Positions 32,201 to 47,200 of a stretch of 64,000 nucleotides of DNA are shown piece by piece (within the stretch, counting starts at the first letter, position 1; each line of letters opens with the position of its first letter). The notes under the pieces were generated by a model that saw only the letters and a program-made list of their open reading frames with translations, searched no databases and had not been told where the DNA came from. The DNA comes from the human T2T-CHM13v2.0 reference genome, Homo sapiens. The translations under genes and the position numbers were made by a program. The stretch is taken from NCBI RefSeq assembly GCF_009914755.1, contig NC_060943.1; one strand, given 5' to 3'.

Positions 32201-35200
32201 TTTCCTTCTCCACCGTAGGCCTCAAACCACTCCAATTATCCGTTTGCAGATAATACAGAAAGAGTGTTTCCAAACTGCTCAATCAAAAGAAAGGTTCAAC
32301 TCTTTGAGTTCAATGCACACATCACAAAGCAGTTTCTGAGAATGCTTCTGTCTAGTTTTCATGTGAAGATATTTCCTTTTCTACCATAGGCCTCCAAGAG
32401 CTCCAAATATCCACTTACAGATTCTCCAAAAAGAGTGTTTCAAACTGCTCTATCAAAAGGAGGGTTCAACTCTGTTAGTTGAATGCACACATCACAAAGA
32501 AGTTTCTGAGAATGCTTCTGTCTAATTTTTATGTGAAGATATTCCCGTTTCCAACAAAGGCTTCAAAGCGGTCCAAATATCCACTTGCAGATTCTACCAA
32601 AGAGTGTTTCCAAACTGGTCAATCAAAAGAAAGTTTCTACTCTGTGAGGGGAATGCACACATCACAAAGAAGTTAATGAGAATCTTCTGTCTACTTTTTA
32701 TATGAAGATATTCTCTTTTCAACTATAGGCCTCAAAGCACTCCAAATATCCATTTGCAGATAATAGAAAAAAAGGGTGTTTTCAAACTACTCAGTCAAAA
32801 GAAAGGTTCAACTCTGTGAGTTGAATGCACCCATCACAAAGAATTTTGTGAGAATACTTCTGTCTAGTTTTCATGTGAAGATATTTCCTTTTCCACCATA
32901 GCCCTCAAAGCCCTCCAAATATCCACTTGTAGATTCTACAAAAAGAGTGTTTCCAAACTACTGAATCTAAAGGAAGATTCAACTCTGTGAGATGAATGCA
33001 CACATCACAAAGTAGTTTCTCAGAATGCTTCTGTCTACCCTTTATATGAAGATATTTCCTTTTCAACTACAGGCCTCAAAGCGCTCCAAATATCCACTTG
33101 CAGAAACTAACTGCAAAAAGAGTGCTTCTAAACTGCTCAATCAAAAGAAAGGTTCAATTTTGCGAGTTTAATGCACACATCACAAAGAAGTTACTGAGAA
33201 TGCTTCTGTCCAGTTTTCATGTGTAGATATTTCCTTTTCCACCACAGGCCTCAAAGCGCTCCAAATATGCACTTGCAGATTCTACAAAAAGAGTGTTTAA
33301 AACTGCTCAATCAAAAGAAATGTTCAACTCTGTGAGATGAATGCACACATCCCAAAAAAATTTCTCAGAATGCTTCTATCTACTTTTTATGTGAAGATAT
33401 TTCCTTTTCAGCTATTGGTCACAAAGCATTCCAAATATCCATTTGCAGATACAACTAAAAGATTTTTTCCAAACTGCTCAATCAAAAGAAATGTTCAACC
33501 TTCTGAGTTGAATGCACACATCACAAAGAAGTTTCTGAGAATGCTTCTGTCTAGTTTTTATGTGAAGATATTTCCTTCTCCACCATAGGCTTCAAACCAC
33601 TCCAATTATCCATTTACAGATACTACAAAAAGTGTTTCAAACTGCTCAATCAAAGAAAGCTTCAACTCTTTGAGTTGAGTACACACATAACAAAGCAGTT
33701 TCTGAGAATGCTTCTGTCTAATTTTCTTGTGAAGATATTTCCTTTTCCACCATAGGCCTCAAAGCACTGCAAATATCCACTTGCAGATTCTACAAAAACA
33801 CTGTTTCGAAACTGCTCAATCAAAACAAGTGTTCAAACCTCTGAGTTGAATTAAAACATCACAAAGAAGTTTCTGAGAATGCTTCTGTCTAGTTTTTATG
33901 TGAAGATATTTCCTTTTCCACTATAGGCCACAAAGCGCTCCAAATATCCACTTGCAGACCCTACAAAAAGAGTGTTTCAAAACTGCTCAGTCAAAAGAAA
34001 GGTCGAACTCTGTGAGATGAATGTACACATCAGAAAGAAGTTTCTCAGAATGCTTCTGTCTAGTTTTTATATGAAGATATTTCCTTTTCAACAATAGACT
34101 TCAAAGGGCTTCAAATATCCATTAGAAGATACTACAAAAAAAAGAGTGTTTCCAAACTTCTCAATCAAAAGAAAGGTTCAACTCTGTGAGTTGAATACAC
34201 ACATCACAGAGAAGTTTCTGAGAATGCTTCTGTCTAATTTTTATGTGAAGATATTTCCTTTTTCACCATAGGCCTCAAACTGCTCCACCTATTCACTTGC
34301 AGATTCTAAAAAAAGAGTGTTTCAGAACTGCTCAATCAAAAGAAGGATTCGGCTCTGTCAGATGAATGCACACATCACAAAGCAGTTTCTGAGAATGCTT
34401 CTGTCTAGTTTTTATGTGAAGATATTTCCTTTTCCACCATAGACATCCAAGGGCTCCAAATATCCACCGGCAGTTTCTACAAAAAGAGTGTTTCAAAGCT
34501 GCTCAATAAAAAGAATATTTCAACTCTGTGAGATGAATGCACACATCACAAAGAAGTTTCTGAGAATGCCTCTGTCTGGTTTTGGCATGAAGATATTTCC
34601 TTTTCCACAATAGGCCTCAAAGCGCTCCAAATATCCACTTGCAGATTCTATAAAAAGAGTGTTTCAAAACTGCTCAGTCAAAAGAAAGACTCAACACTGT
34701 GAGATGAATGCGCACATAACAAGAAGTTTCTCAGAATGCTTCTGTCAAGTTTTTATGTGAAGATATTTCCTTTTCAATTATAGGCCTCAAAGTGATCCAA
34801 ATATCCATTGGTGGTTACTACAAAAAAGAATGTTTCCAAACTTCTCAATCAAAATAAATGTTCAAATCTGTGAGTTAAATGCACACATCACAAAGAAGTT
34901 TCTTAGAATGATTCTGTCTACTTTTTATGTGAACATACTTCCTTTTCCACCATAGGCTTAAAGCACTAAAAATATCCACTTGCAGATTCTACAAAAAGAG
35001 TGTTTCAAAACTGCTCAATCAAAAGAAAGGTTCAACTCTGTGAAATGAATGCAGACACCACAAAGTAGTTTCTGAGAATGCTTCAGTCTAGTTTTTATGT
35101 GAAGCTATTTCCTTTTCCACCATTGGCCTCAAAGTGCTCCAAATATCCACTTGCAGATACTACAAAAAAGTGTTTCAAAACTGCTCAGTCAAAAGAAAGG

Positions 35201-38200
35201 TTCAACTCAGTGTGATGAATTCAAACATCACAAAGAAGTTAATGAGAATGCGTCTGTCTAGTTTTTATGTGAAGGTATTTCCTTTTCAGCTATAGGCCTC
35301 AAAGGGCTCCAAATATCCATTTGCAGTTACAAGAAAAAAAGAGTGTTTCCAAACTGCTCAATCAAAAGAAAGGTTCAACTCTGTGAGTTGAATGCACACA
35401 TAACAAAGAAGTTTCTCAGAATCCTTCAGTCTAGTTTTTATCTGAAGATATTTCCATTTCCACCATGGACATCAAAGTGCTCCAAATATCCACTGTAAAG
35501 TTCTACAAGAAGAGTGTTTCAAAGCTGCTCAATAAGCAGAAAATTTCAACTCTGTGAGATGAATGCACACATCACAAATAAGTTTCTGAGAATGCTTCTG
35601 TCTAGTTTTTATGTGAAGATATTTCCTTTTCCACCATAGGCCTCAAAACTCTCCAAATATCCACTTACAGATTCTACAAAAAGAGTGTTTCAAAACTGCT
35701 CAATCAAAAGAAAGACTCAACTCTATGAGATGAATGCACACACAACAAAGAAGTTTCTCAGAATGCTTCTGTCAAGTTTTTATGTGAAGATATTTCCTTT
35801 TCAAATATAGGCCTCAAAGCAATCCAAATATCCATTGGCGGATACTACAAAAAAGAGTGTTTCCAAACTGCTCAACGAAAAGAAAGACTCAACTCTGTGA
35901 GTTGAATCCACGCACCACAAAGAAGGTTCTCAGAATGCTTCTGTATACTTTTTATGTGAACATATTTCCTTTTCCACAATAGGTCTCAAAGCAATCAAAA
36001 TATCCACTTGCAGATTCTACAAAAAGCATGCTTCAAAACTGGTCAATCAAAAGAAAGGTTCAACTCTGTGAGATGAATGCACACATCACAAAGAAGTTTC
36101 TGAGAATCCTTCTGTCTAGTTTTTATGTGAAGATATTTCCTTTTCAGCTATAGACCCCAAAGTGCTCCAAATATCCATTTGCAGATAGTAGAAAAAAAGA
36201 ATGTTTCCAAATTGCTCAATCAAAAGAAATGTTCAGATCTGTGAGTTGAATGCACGCATCACAAAGAAGTTTCTGAGAATGCTTCTGTCTTGTTTTTATG
36301 TGAAGATATTTCCTTTCCCACCATGGGCCTCAACCACTTGAAGTATACACTTGCAGATTCTACAAAAAGAGTGTTTCAAAGCTGCTCTATCAAAAGAAAG
36401 GTTCAACTCTGTGAGATGAATGCACACATCACAAAGAATTTAATGAGAATGCTTCTGTCAAGTTTTTATATGAAAATATTGACTTTTCAGCTATAGGACA
36501 CGAAGCGCTCCAAATATCCATTTGCAGATACTAGAAATAAAGGGTGTTTTCAAACTGCTCAATCAAAAGAAAAGTTCAACTCTGTGAGTTGAATGCACCC
36601 ATCAAAAAGCAGTTTGTGAGAAAGCTTCTGTCTAGTTTTTATTTGAAGATATTTCCTTTTCCATCATAAGCCTCAAAGTGCTACTAATATCCACTTGCAG
36701 ATACTACAAAAAGAGTGTTTCAAAACTGCTCTATCAAAAGGAAGGTTCAACTGTCTGCATTGAATGGACACATCCCAAAGAAGTTTCTGAGAATGCTTCT
36801 GTCTAGTTTTTGTGTGAAGATATTTCCTTTTCAGCTATAGACCCCAAAGCGCTCCAAATATCCATTTGCAGATAGTAGAAAAAAAGAATGTTTCCAAACT
36901 GCTCAATCAAAAGAAATACTCAAATCTGTGAGTTGAATGCACGCATCACAAAGAAGTTTCTGACAATGCTTCTTTCTTGTTTTTATGTGAAGATATTTCC
37001 TTTCCCACCATGGGTCTCAAAGCCCTCGAAATATACACTTGCAGATTCTGCAAAAGAGTGTTTCAAAACTGCTTAATCAAAAGAAAGACTCAACTCTGTG
37101 AGATTAAGGCAAACATCAGAGTTAGTTTCTCAGAATTCTTCTGTCTAGTTTCTATGTGAAGGTATTTCCTTTTCAACTATAGGCCTCAAAGCACTCCAAA
37201 TATCCATTTGCAGATACTAACTGCAAAAAGAGTGTTTCCAAACCACTCAATCAAAAGAAAGTTTCAATTCTGTGATTTCAATGCACACATCACAAAGAAG
37301 TTTCTCAGAATGCTTCTGTCTAGTTTTTATGTGAAGATATTTCCTTTTCCACCATAGGCCTCAAAGCGCTACAAATATCCACTTGCAGATCCTACAAAAA
37401 GAGTGATTCAAATCTGCTACATCAAAAGAAAGGTTCAACTCTGTGAGATGAATGCACACATCACAAAGTAGTTTCCCAGAATGCTTCTGTCTAGTTTTTA
37501 TGTGAAGATATTTCCTTTTCAGCTATAGGCCTCAAAGCGATGCAAATATTCATTTGCAGATACTATAAAAGGATTGTTTCCAAACTGCTCAATCAAAAGA
37601 AAGGTTGAACTCTTTGAGGTGAATGCACGCATCAAAAAGAAGTTTCTGAGAATGTTTCTGTCTAGTTTTTATGTGAAGATATTTCCTTTTCCACCATTGG
37701 TTTCAAAGCGCTCCAAATATCCTCTTGTGTATCCTACAAAAAGAGTTTTTCAAAACTGCTCAATCAAAAGAAAGTTTCAACTCTGTGAGATGAATGAACA
37801 GATCACAAAGAAGTTTCTGAGAATATTTCTGTCTAGTGTTCATGTGAAGAAATTACCTTTTGAGCTATAGTCCTAAAGCGCTGCAAATATCCATTTGCAG
37901 ATACTAAAAAAAAAGATGGTTTCCAAACTGCTTAATCAAAAAAAGTTCAACTCTGTGAGTTGAATGCACACATCACAATGAAGTTTCTGAGAATGTTTCT
38001 GTCTAGTTTTTATGTGAAGATATTTCCATTTCCATGACAGGCCTCAAAGTGCTCCAAATATCCACTTATAGATTCTACAAAAAGAGTGGTTCCAAACTGC
38101 TGTATCTAAAGAAAGATTCAACTCTGTGAGATAAATTCACACATCACAAAGTAGTTTCTCAGAATGCTTCTGTCTTGCTTTTATGTGAAAATAGTTCCTT

Positions 38201-41200
38201 TTCAACTATAGGCCTCAAAGCGCTCCGAATATCCATTTGCAGATACTAACTGCAAAAAGAGTGCTTCCAAACCGATCAATCAAAAGAAATGTTCAATTCT
38301 GTGAGTTGAATGCATACATCACAAATAAGTTTCTGAGAATGCTTCTGACGAGTTTTCATGTGAAGATATTTCCTTTTCCACCATAGGCCTCCAAGCACTC
38401 CAAATATCCACTTGTAGATTCTAAAAAGGAGTGTTTCAAAATTGTTCAAGTAAAAGAAAATTTCAACTCTGTGAGATGAATGCACACATCACAAAGAAGT
38501 TTCTTAGAATAATTCTGTCTAGTATTTATGTGAAGAAATTTCCTTTTCGACTATAGGCCTCAAAGTGCTCCAAATATCCATTTGCAGATGCTACAAAAAG
38601 AGTGTTTCTAAACTGCTCAATCAAAAGAGACATTGAACTCTGTGAGTTGAATGAACATATCACAAAAAAGTTTCTGAGAATGCTTCTGTCTAGTTTTTAT
38701 GTGAAGATATTTCCTTTAACTTCATAGGCCTCAAAGTGCTCCAAATATCCACTTGCAGATTAGACAAAAAGAGTGTTTCAAAACCGCTCAATCAAAAGAA
38801 GGTTTCAACTCTGAGATGAATGCACGCTTCACAAATAAATTTTTCAGAATGCTTCAGTCTAATTTTTATGTGAAGGAATTTCCTTTTCAGCTACATGCCT
38901 CAAAGTGCTCCAAATATCAATTTACAGATACAACAAAAAGAGTGTTTCCATTCTACTCAATCAAAAGAAAGATTCAGCTTTCTGAGTTGAATGCCCACAT
39001 CACAAAGAAGTTTCTCAGAATACTTCTGACTAGTTTTTATGTGAAGATATTCCCTTTTCCACAATAGGCTTCTAAGCCATCAAAATATGCACTTGCAAAT
39101 ACTACAAAAGGAGTTTTTCAAAACTGCTCAATAAAAAGAAAGGTTCAACTCTGTGAGATGAATGCACACACACATCACAAAGAAGTTTGTCAGAATGCTT
39201 CTGTCTAGTTTTTATGTGAAGATATTTCCTTTTCAGCTATAGGACTATAAGCGCTCCAAATATCCATTTGCAGATACTACAAAAACAGTGTTTCCAAACT
39301 GCTAAATAAAAAGAAACTTCAACTCTGTTAGTTGAATGCACAAATCACAAGGAAGTTTCTGAGAATGCTTCTGTCTAGTTTTTATGTGAAGATATTTACC
39401 TTTCCACCATATGCCTGAAAGTGCTCCAAATATCTCCTTGCAGATTCTACAAAAAGAGTGTTTCAAATCTGCTCTCTGAGAAGAAAGGTTCAACTATGTG
39501 AGATGAATGCACACATCACAAGTAAGTTTCTCAGAATGCATCTGTCCACTTTTTATGTGAAGATATTTCTTTTTCAACTATAGGTCTCAATGCTCTCCAA
39601 ATAGCCACTTGCAGATTCTCCAAAAACAGTGTTGAAAACTGCTCAATCAAAAGAAATGTTCCCATCTGTGAGATGAACCCATACATCACAAATAAGTTTC
39701 TCAGAATGCTTGTGTCTAGTTTTACTGTGAAGATATTTCCTTTTCCACCATAGACCTCAAAGCGCTCCAAATATCCACTTGCAAATTCTACAAAAAGAGG
39801 GTTTCAAAACTGCTCAATCAAAAAGCAAGTTTCAACTCTGTGAGATGAAAGCACACATTACAAAGAAGTTTCTGAGAATCCTTCTGTCTACTTTTTGTGT
39901 GAAGATATTACCTTTTCCACCATAGGCATAACAGTGCTCCAAATATCCCTTTACATATACTACAAAAAAAGTGTTTCCAAACTGCTCAAACAAAAGAAAC
40001 GTTCAACTCTGTGAGTTGAATGCACACATCACAATGAAGTTTCTGAGAATGTTTCTGTCTAGTTTTTATGTGAAGATATTTCCATTTCCATGATAGGCCT
40101 CAAAGTGCTCCAAATATCCACTTATAGATTCTACAAAAAGAGTGGTTCCAAACTGCTGTATCTAAAGAAAGATTAAACTCTGTGAGATAAATTCACACAT
40201 CACAAAGTAGTTTCTCAGAATGCTTCTGTCTTGCTTTTATGTGAAAATAGTTCCTTTTCAACTATAGGCCTCAAAGCACTCCAAATATCCACTTGCAGAT
40301 TCTACAAAAAGAGTGTTTCAAAACTATTCAATCAAAAAAAAGGTTCAACTCTGTCAGTTGAATGGACACATCACAAAGAAGTTTCTCAGAATGCTACTGT
40401 CTACTTTTTATGTGAAGATATTTCTTTTTCAACTATAGGCCTCATAGCACTCCAAATACCCATTTGCAGATACTACAAAAGGAGTGTTTCCAAACTGCTC
40501 AATTAAAACACAGGTTGAACTCTGTGACTTGAATGCACACATCAGAAAGAAGTTTCTGAGAATGCTTCTGTCTGCTTTTTATGTGAAGATATTTCATTTT
40601 GCACCATACGCCTAAAATCTCTCCAAATATCCGATTGCAGATTCTACAAAAGAGTGTTTCAAAACTGCTCAATCAAAAGAAAGGTTCAACAGTATCAGAC
40701 GAATGCACAAATCACAAAGAAGTTTCTGAGAATGCTTGTGTCTAGTTTTTATGTGAAGGTATTTCCTTTTCAACCACATGCCTCAAAGCACTACAAATAC
40801 CATTTGAAGATACTATTAAAAGAGTGTTTCCAAACTACTCAATCCAAAGAATCATTTAATTCTGTGAAATAAATGCATCATCACAAAGAAGTTTCTCAGA
40901 ATGCTTCAGTCTAGTTTTTATCTGAGGATATTTCCTTTTCAGCTTTAGGCCTCAAAGCACTACAAGTATCCACTTGCAGATGCTACAAAAAGGGTGTTTC
41001 CAAACTTCTCAATCAAAAGAAATGTTCATCTCTGTGAGTTGAATGCACACATCACAAAGAACTTTCTGAGAATGCTTCTGTCTAGTTTTTATGTGAAGAT
41101 ATTTCCTTTTCACTGTAGGCTCAAAATCGTCCAAATATCCATTTGCAGGTACTACAAAAAGACTGTTTCCAAAATGCTCAATCAAAAGAAAGTTTCAAAT

Positions 41201-44200
41201 CTGTGGCTTGAATGCACATATCAGAAAGAAGTTTCTGAGAATATTTCTGTCTAGTTTTTATGTGAAGATATTTCCTTTTCCACCATAGGCCTCAAAGTGC
41301 TCCAAATATCCACTTGCAGTTTCTACAAAAAGTGTGTTGGAAAACTGCTCAATGAATAGAAACTTTCAACTCTGTGAGATCAATGCACACATCACAAAGA
41401 AGCTATTCAGAATGCTCTTGTCTATTGTTTAAGTGAAGATATTTCTTTTTGAGATATAGACCTCAAATTGATCCAAATATCCATTTGCAGATTCTACAAA
41501 AAAAGTGTTTCCAAACTGCTCAATCAAAAGAAAAGTTCATTTCTGTGAGTAAAATGCACACATCACAAAGAAGTTTCTCAGAATGCTCCTGTCTACCTTT
41601 TAAGTGAAGATATTTCTTTTCGAGTTATAGACCTCAAAGTGATACAAATATCCATTTGCAGATTCTACAAAAACAGTGTTTCCAAGCTGCTCAATCAAAA
41701 GAAAGGTTCAATTCTGTGAGTAAAATGTACACATCACAAAGAAGTTTCTGAGAATGCTTCTGTCTAGTTTTTATGTGAAGATATTTCCTTTTCCACCATA
41801 GACCTCAAAGCGCACCAAATATCCACTTGCAGATTCTACAAAAAGAGTATTTCGAAACTACTCAATGAAAAAAAAGGTTCAACTCTGTGAGATGAATTCA
41901 TAAATCACACAGAAATTTCTCAGAATGCTTCTGTCTAGTTTTTATGTGAAGATATTACCTTTTCAGCTATAGGCTTCAAAAAGTACAAAATATGTGTTTG
42001 CGGATACTACAATACGAGTGTTTCCAAACTGCTCAATAAAGCAAAGGTCCAACTCTGTGAGTTGAATGCACACATCACTAAGAAGTTGCTGAGAATTCTT
42101 CTGTCTAGTTTTGATGTGAACATATTTCCTTATCCACCATAGGCCTCAAAGTGCTCCCAATATCCACTTGCAGATTCTACAAAGAGAGTGTTTCAAAACT
42201 GCTCAACGAAAATAAAGTTTCAACTCTGTGAGATGAATGCACACAATACACAGAACTTCCTCAGCATGCTTCTGTCTAGTTTTTATGTGGCGATATTTGC
42301 TTTTCAGCTTTAGGCGTCAAAGCGCTCCAAATATCCACTTGCAGATTCTCCAAAAACAGTCTTTCAAAACTGCTCAGTCAAAAGAAAAGTTCAATTCTGT
42401 GAGATGAATGCACACATAACAGAGAAGTTTCTCAGAAAGCTTCTGTCTAGTTTTTATGTGAAGACATTTCCTTTTCAACAACAGGCCTCAAAGCACTCCA
42501 AATATCCATTTGCAGATACTACAAAAAGAGTGTTCCCAAACTGCTTAATCAAAAGAAAATTTCAACTCTGTGAAATGAATGCACACATCAAAAAGTAGTT
42601 TCTGCAAATGCTTCTGTCTAGTTTTTATGTGAAGATATTTCCTTTTCCACCATAAGCCTCAAAGCGCTCCAAATATCCACTTGCAGATTCCGCAAAAAGA
42701 GTGTTTCAAAACTGCTTAATCAAACGACAGATTCAACTTGTGAGATGAATGCACACATCACAAATAAGTTTCTCAGAATGCTTCTGTCTAGATTTTTTGT
42801 GAAGACATTTCCTTTTCAACTATAGGCCTCAAATGGCTACCAATATCCATTTGCAGATACTTCAAAAAGAGGGTTTCTAAGCTGCTCAATCAAAAGAAAG
42901 TTTCAACTGTGTGAGTTGAATGCATAAATCACAAAGAAGTTTCTGAGAATGCTTCTGTCCAGTATTTATATGAAGATATTTGCTTTTCTGCCAATGGCCT
43001 CAAAGCACTCCAAATATCCACTTGCAGATTCCACAAAAAGAGTGCTTCAAAACTGCTCAATTAACTGAAAGGTTCAATTCTGTGAATTGAACGCACACAT
43101 CACAAAGGTGTTTCTGAGAATGCTTCTGTCTAGTTTTTATGTGAAGATATTTCCTTTTCCACCATAGTACTCACAGCGCTCCAAATATCCAGTTGGAGAT
43201 GCTACAAAAGATTGTTTCAAAACTGCTTAATCAAAAGAAAGGTTCAACTCTGTGAGATGAATGCACACATCAGAAAGAAGTTTCTCACAATGCTTTTGTC
43301 TAGTTTTTATGCCAAGATATTTCCTTTTCAGCTGCAGGCCTCAAAGCGCTCCAAATATCCATTGTCAGATACTACCAAAAGAGTGTTTCCAAACTGCTAT
43401 ATCAAAAGAAAAGTTTAACTCTTTGAGTTGAATGCACACATCACAAAGAATTTTCTGAGAATGCGTCTGTGTGGTTTTTATGTGAAGATATTTCCTTTTC
43501 CACTGCAAACCTCAAAGCACTCTCAATATCCATTTGCTGATTCTACAAAAAGAGAGTTTCAAAACTGCTCAATCAAAAGAAAGATTCAACTCTGTGAGTT
43601 GAATGCACACATCACAAAGAAGTTTCTCAGAATTCTTCAGTCTACTTTTTATGTGAAAATATTTCCTTTTCAACTGTAGGCTTCAAAGCGCTCCAAATAT
43701 CCATTTGCAGATACTACAAAATGGGTGTTTCCAAACTCCTCAATCAAAAGAAATGTTCAACTCTTTGAGATGAATACACGTATCACAAAGAAGTTTCTCA
43801 GAATGCTTCTGTCTAGTTTTTATGTGGAGATATTTCCTTTTCAGCCGTAGGCCTGAAAGCGTTCCAAATATCCATTTGCAGACACTACAAAAAGAGTGTT
43901 TCTAAACTGTTCAGTCAAGAGAAAGGTTTAACTCTGTGAGTTGAATGCACACATCACAAAGAAGTTTCTGAGAGTGTTTCCTCTAGTTTTTATGTGAAGA
44001 TATTTCCTTTTCCAATGTATGCCTCAAAGCACTCCAAATGTCCACGTGCAGAATCCACAAAAAGACTGTTTCAAAACTGCTTGATCAGAAAAAAGGTTCA
44101 ACTCCATGAGATGAATGCACACATCACAAAGAAGTTTCTCAGAATGCTTCTGTCTTGTTTTTATATGAAGATATTTCCTTTTCAGCTATAGGATTCAAAG

Positions 44201-47200
44201 TGCTCCAAATATCCACTTGCAGATACTAAAAAAAGAATGTTTCCCAACTGCTCAATAAAAGAAAGGTTCAACACTGTGAGTTGAATGCACACATCAAAAC
44301 GAAGTTTCTGAGAATGGTTCTGTCTTGTTTTTATGTGAAGATATTTCCTTTTCCCCCTAGGCCAAAAAGTGCTCCAAATATCCACTTGCAGATTCTACAA
44401 AAAGAGTGTTTCAAAACTGCTCAATCAAAAGAAGGGTTCAACTCTGTGAGATGAATGCACACAACACAAATAACTTTCTCAGAATGCTTCTGTCTAGTTT
44501 TATGTGAAGATATTTCCTTTTCAACTACAGGCCTGAAAGCACTGCAAATATCCATTTGCAGATACTACAAAAAGAGTGATTCCAAACTGCTCAATCAAAA
44601 GAAAGTTTCAACTCTGTGAGTTGAATGCACACATCACAAAGAAGATTCTGAGAATGCTTCTGTCTGGTTTTTCTGTGAAGATATTTCCTTTTAAACCATA
44701 TGCCTGGAATTGCTCCAAATATCCAACTTCAGATTCTACAAAAAGAATGTTTCAAAACTGCTCAATGAAAAGAAAGGTTGAACGCTGTGAGTTCAATACA
44801 CACATCAAAAAAGTTTCTCAAAATGCTTCTGTCTAGTTTTTATGTGAAGATATTTCCATTTCCACCATTGGCCTCAAAGCGCTTCAAGTGTCCCATTGCA
44901 GATTCTTCAAAAAGTGTGTTTGAAAACTGCTCAATCAAAAGACAAGTTCAAATCCATGAGATGAACGCACACATCACAAAGAAGTTTCTCAGAATGCTTC
45001 TGTCTTGTTTTTATATGAAGATATTTTCTTTTCAGCTATAGGCTTCAAAGCGCTCCAAATATCCAATTGCAGATACTAAAAAAAGAGTGTTTCCAAACTG
45101 CTCAATAAAAGAAAGGTTCAACACTGTGAGTTGAACGCATATATCACAAAGAAGTTTCCCAGAATGTTTCTGTCTAGTTTTTATGTGAAGATATTTCCTT
45201 TTCCACCATAAACCTCAAAGCACTCTCAATATCCCTTTGACGATTCTACAAAAAGAGTGTTTCAAAACTGCTTAATAAAAAGAAAGGTTCAACTCTGTGA
45301 GATGAATGCACACATCACACAGAAGTTTCTCAGCAGGCTTCTGTCTAGTTTTTATGTGAAGATATATCCTTTTCAACCATAGGCCTCAAAGCACTCCAAA
45401 TATCCACTTGCAGATTCTACAAAAACAGTGTTTCAAAACTGCTCAGTCAAAAGAAATGTTCAAAAATGTGAGATGAATGCACACATCACAAAAAAGTTTC
45501 TCAGAATGCCTCTGTCTACTTTTTATGTGAAGATACTTCCCTTTCCACTATAGGCCTCGAATTGCCACAAATATCAACTTTGAAATTCTACAAAAAGAAT
45601 GTTTCAAAACCGCTCTATCAAAAGAAAGGTTCAGTGCTGTGAGTTGAATGCACACAGCACAAAGCAGTTTCTCAGAATGCTTCTGTCTAGTTTTTATGTG
45701 AAGATATGTGCTTTTCCTCCATAGTCCTCAAAGGCTCCAAATATCCACTTGTAGATTCTACAAAAGCAGTGTTTAAAAACTGGTCAATTAAAAGAAAGTT
45801 TCAACTCTGTCAGATGAATGCACACATCACAAACAAGTTTTTGAGAATGCTCCTGTCTATTTTTTATGTGAAGATATTTCCTTTTCCACCATAGGACCTA
45901 CAGCACTCCAAATATCCAATTCCAGATTCTACAAAACAGTGTTTCAGAACTGCACAATCAAAAGAAAGTTACAGCTCTTTGAGGTGAATGCACACATCAC
46001 AAAGATGTTTCTCAGAATGCTTCTGTCCAGTTTTTAAGTGAAGATTTTTCCTTTTCCACTGTAGGCAGCAAAGTTCTCCAAGTATCCACTTGTAGATTCG
46101 ACAAAAAGAGTGTTTCAAAAGTGCTCAGTCAAAAGAAATATTCAACACTGTGATGTGAATGCACACATTGCAAAGAAGTTTCTCATAATGCTTCTGTATA
46201 GTTTTTATGGGAAGATATTTCCTTTTCCACCATAGGCTTCAAAGCGCTCTAAATATCCACTGGCAGGCACTACAAAAAGAGTGTTTCAAAATTGCTCAAT
46301 TAAAAGAAAGGTTGAACTCTGTGAGATGAATACACAAACCACAAAGGTGTTTCCCAGAATGCTTCTGTGTAGTTTTTATGTGAAGATATTTCCTTTTCCA
46401 CTATAGGCCACAAAGCATTCCAAATATCCACTTGCAGATACTACAAAAAGTTTGTTTCCAAACTGCTCAATCAAAAGAAAGTTTCAACTGTGTGACATGA
46501 ATGCAGACATCAAAAAGAAGTTTCTCTGAATGCTTTGTTCTAGTTTTTATGTGAAGATATTTCCTTTTCCACTATAGGCCTCAAAGCACTCCAAATATCC
46601 ATTTGCAGATACTCCAAAAAGACTGTTTCCAAATTGCTCAATTAAAAGAAAGTTTCAACTCTATGAGTTGAATGCACACATCTCAAAGAAGTTTCTCAGA
46701 ATGCTTTTGTCTGGTTTTTATGTGAAGATATTCCCTTTTCCACTGTAGACCTCAAAGCCTTCCAATTATCCTCTTGTAGATTTTACAAAAAGAGTGTTTC
46801 AAAACTGCTCAATCAAAAGAAAGGTTCAACTCTGTGAGATGAATGCACACATTGCACAGAAGTTTCTCAGAATGTTTCTGTCTAGTTTTTATGTGAAGAT
46901 ATTTCCTTTTCCACCACAGGACCCAAAGCACTACAAATATTCACTTGCAGATACTACAAAAGGACTGTTCCAAACTGCTCAATCAAAAGAAAGGTTCAGC
47001 TCTGTGAACTGAATACACACAGCACAAAGAAGTTTCTCAGAATGTATCTGTCAATTTTTTATGTGAAGATATACCCTTTTCCACCATAGGTTCAAAGCAC
47101 TCCAAATACCCACTGGCAGATACTACAAAAAGATTGTTTCAAAGCTATTCCATCAAAAGAAAAGTTCAACTACGTGAGAAGAACACACACATCACAAAGA

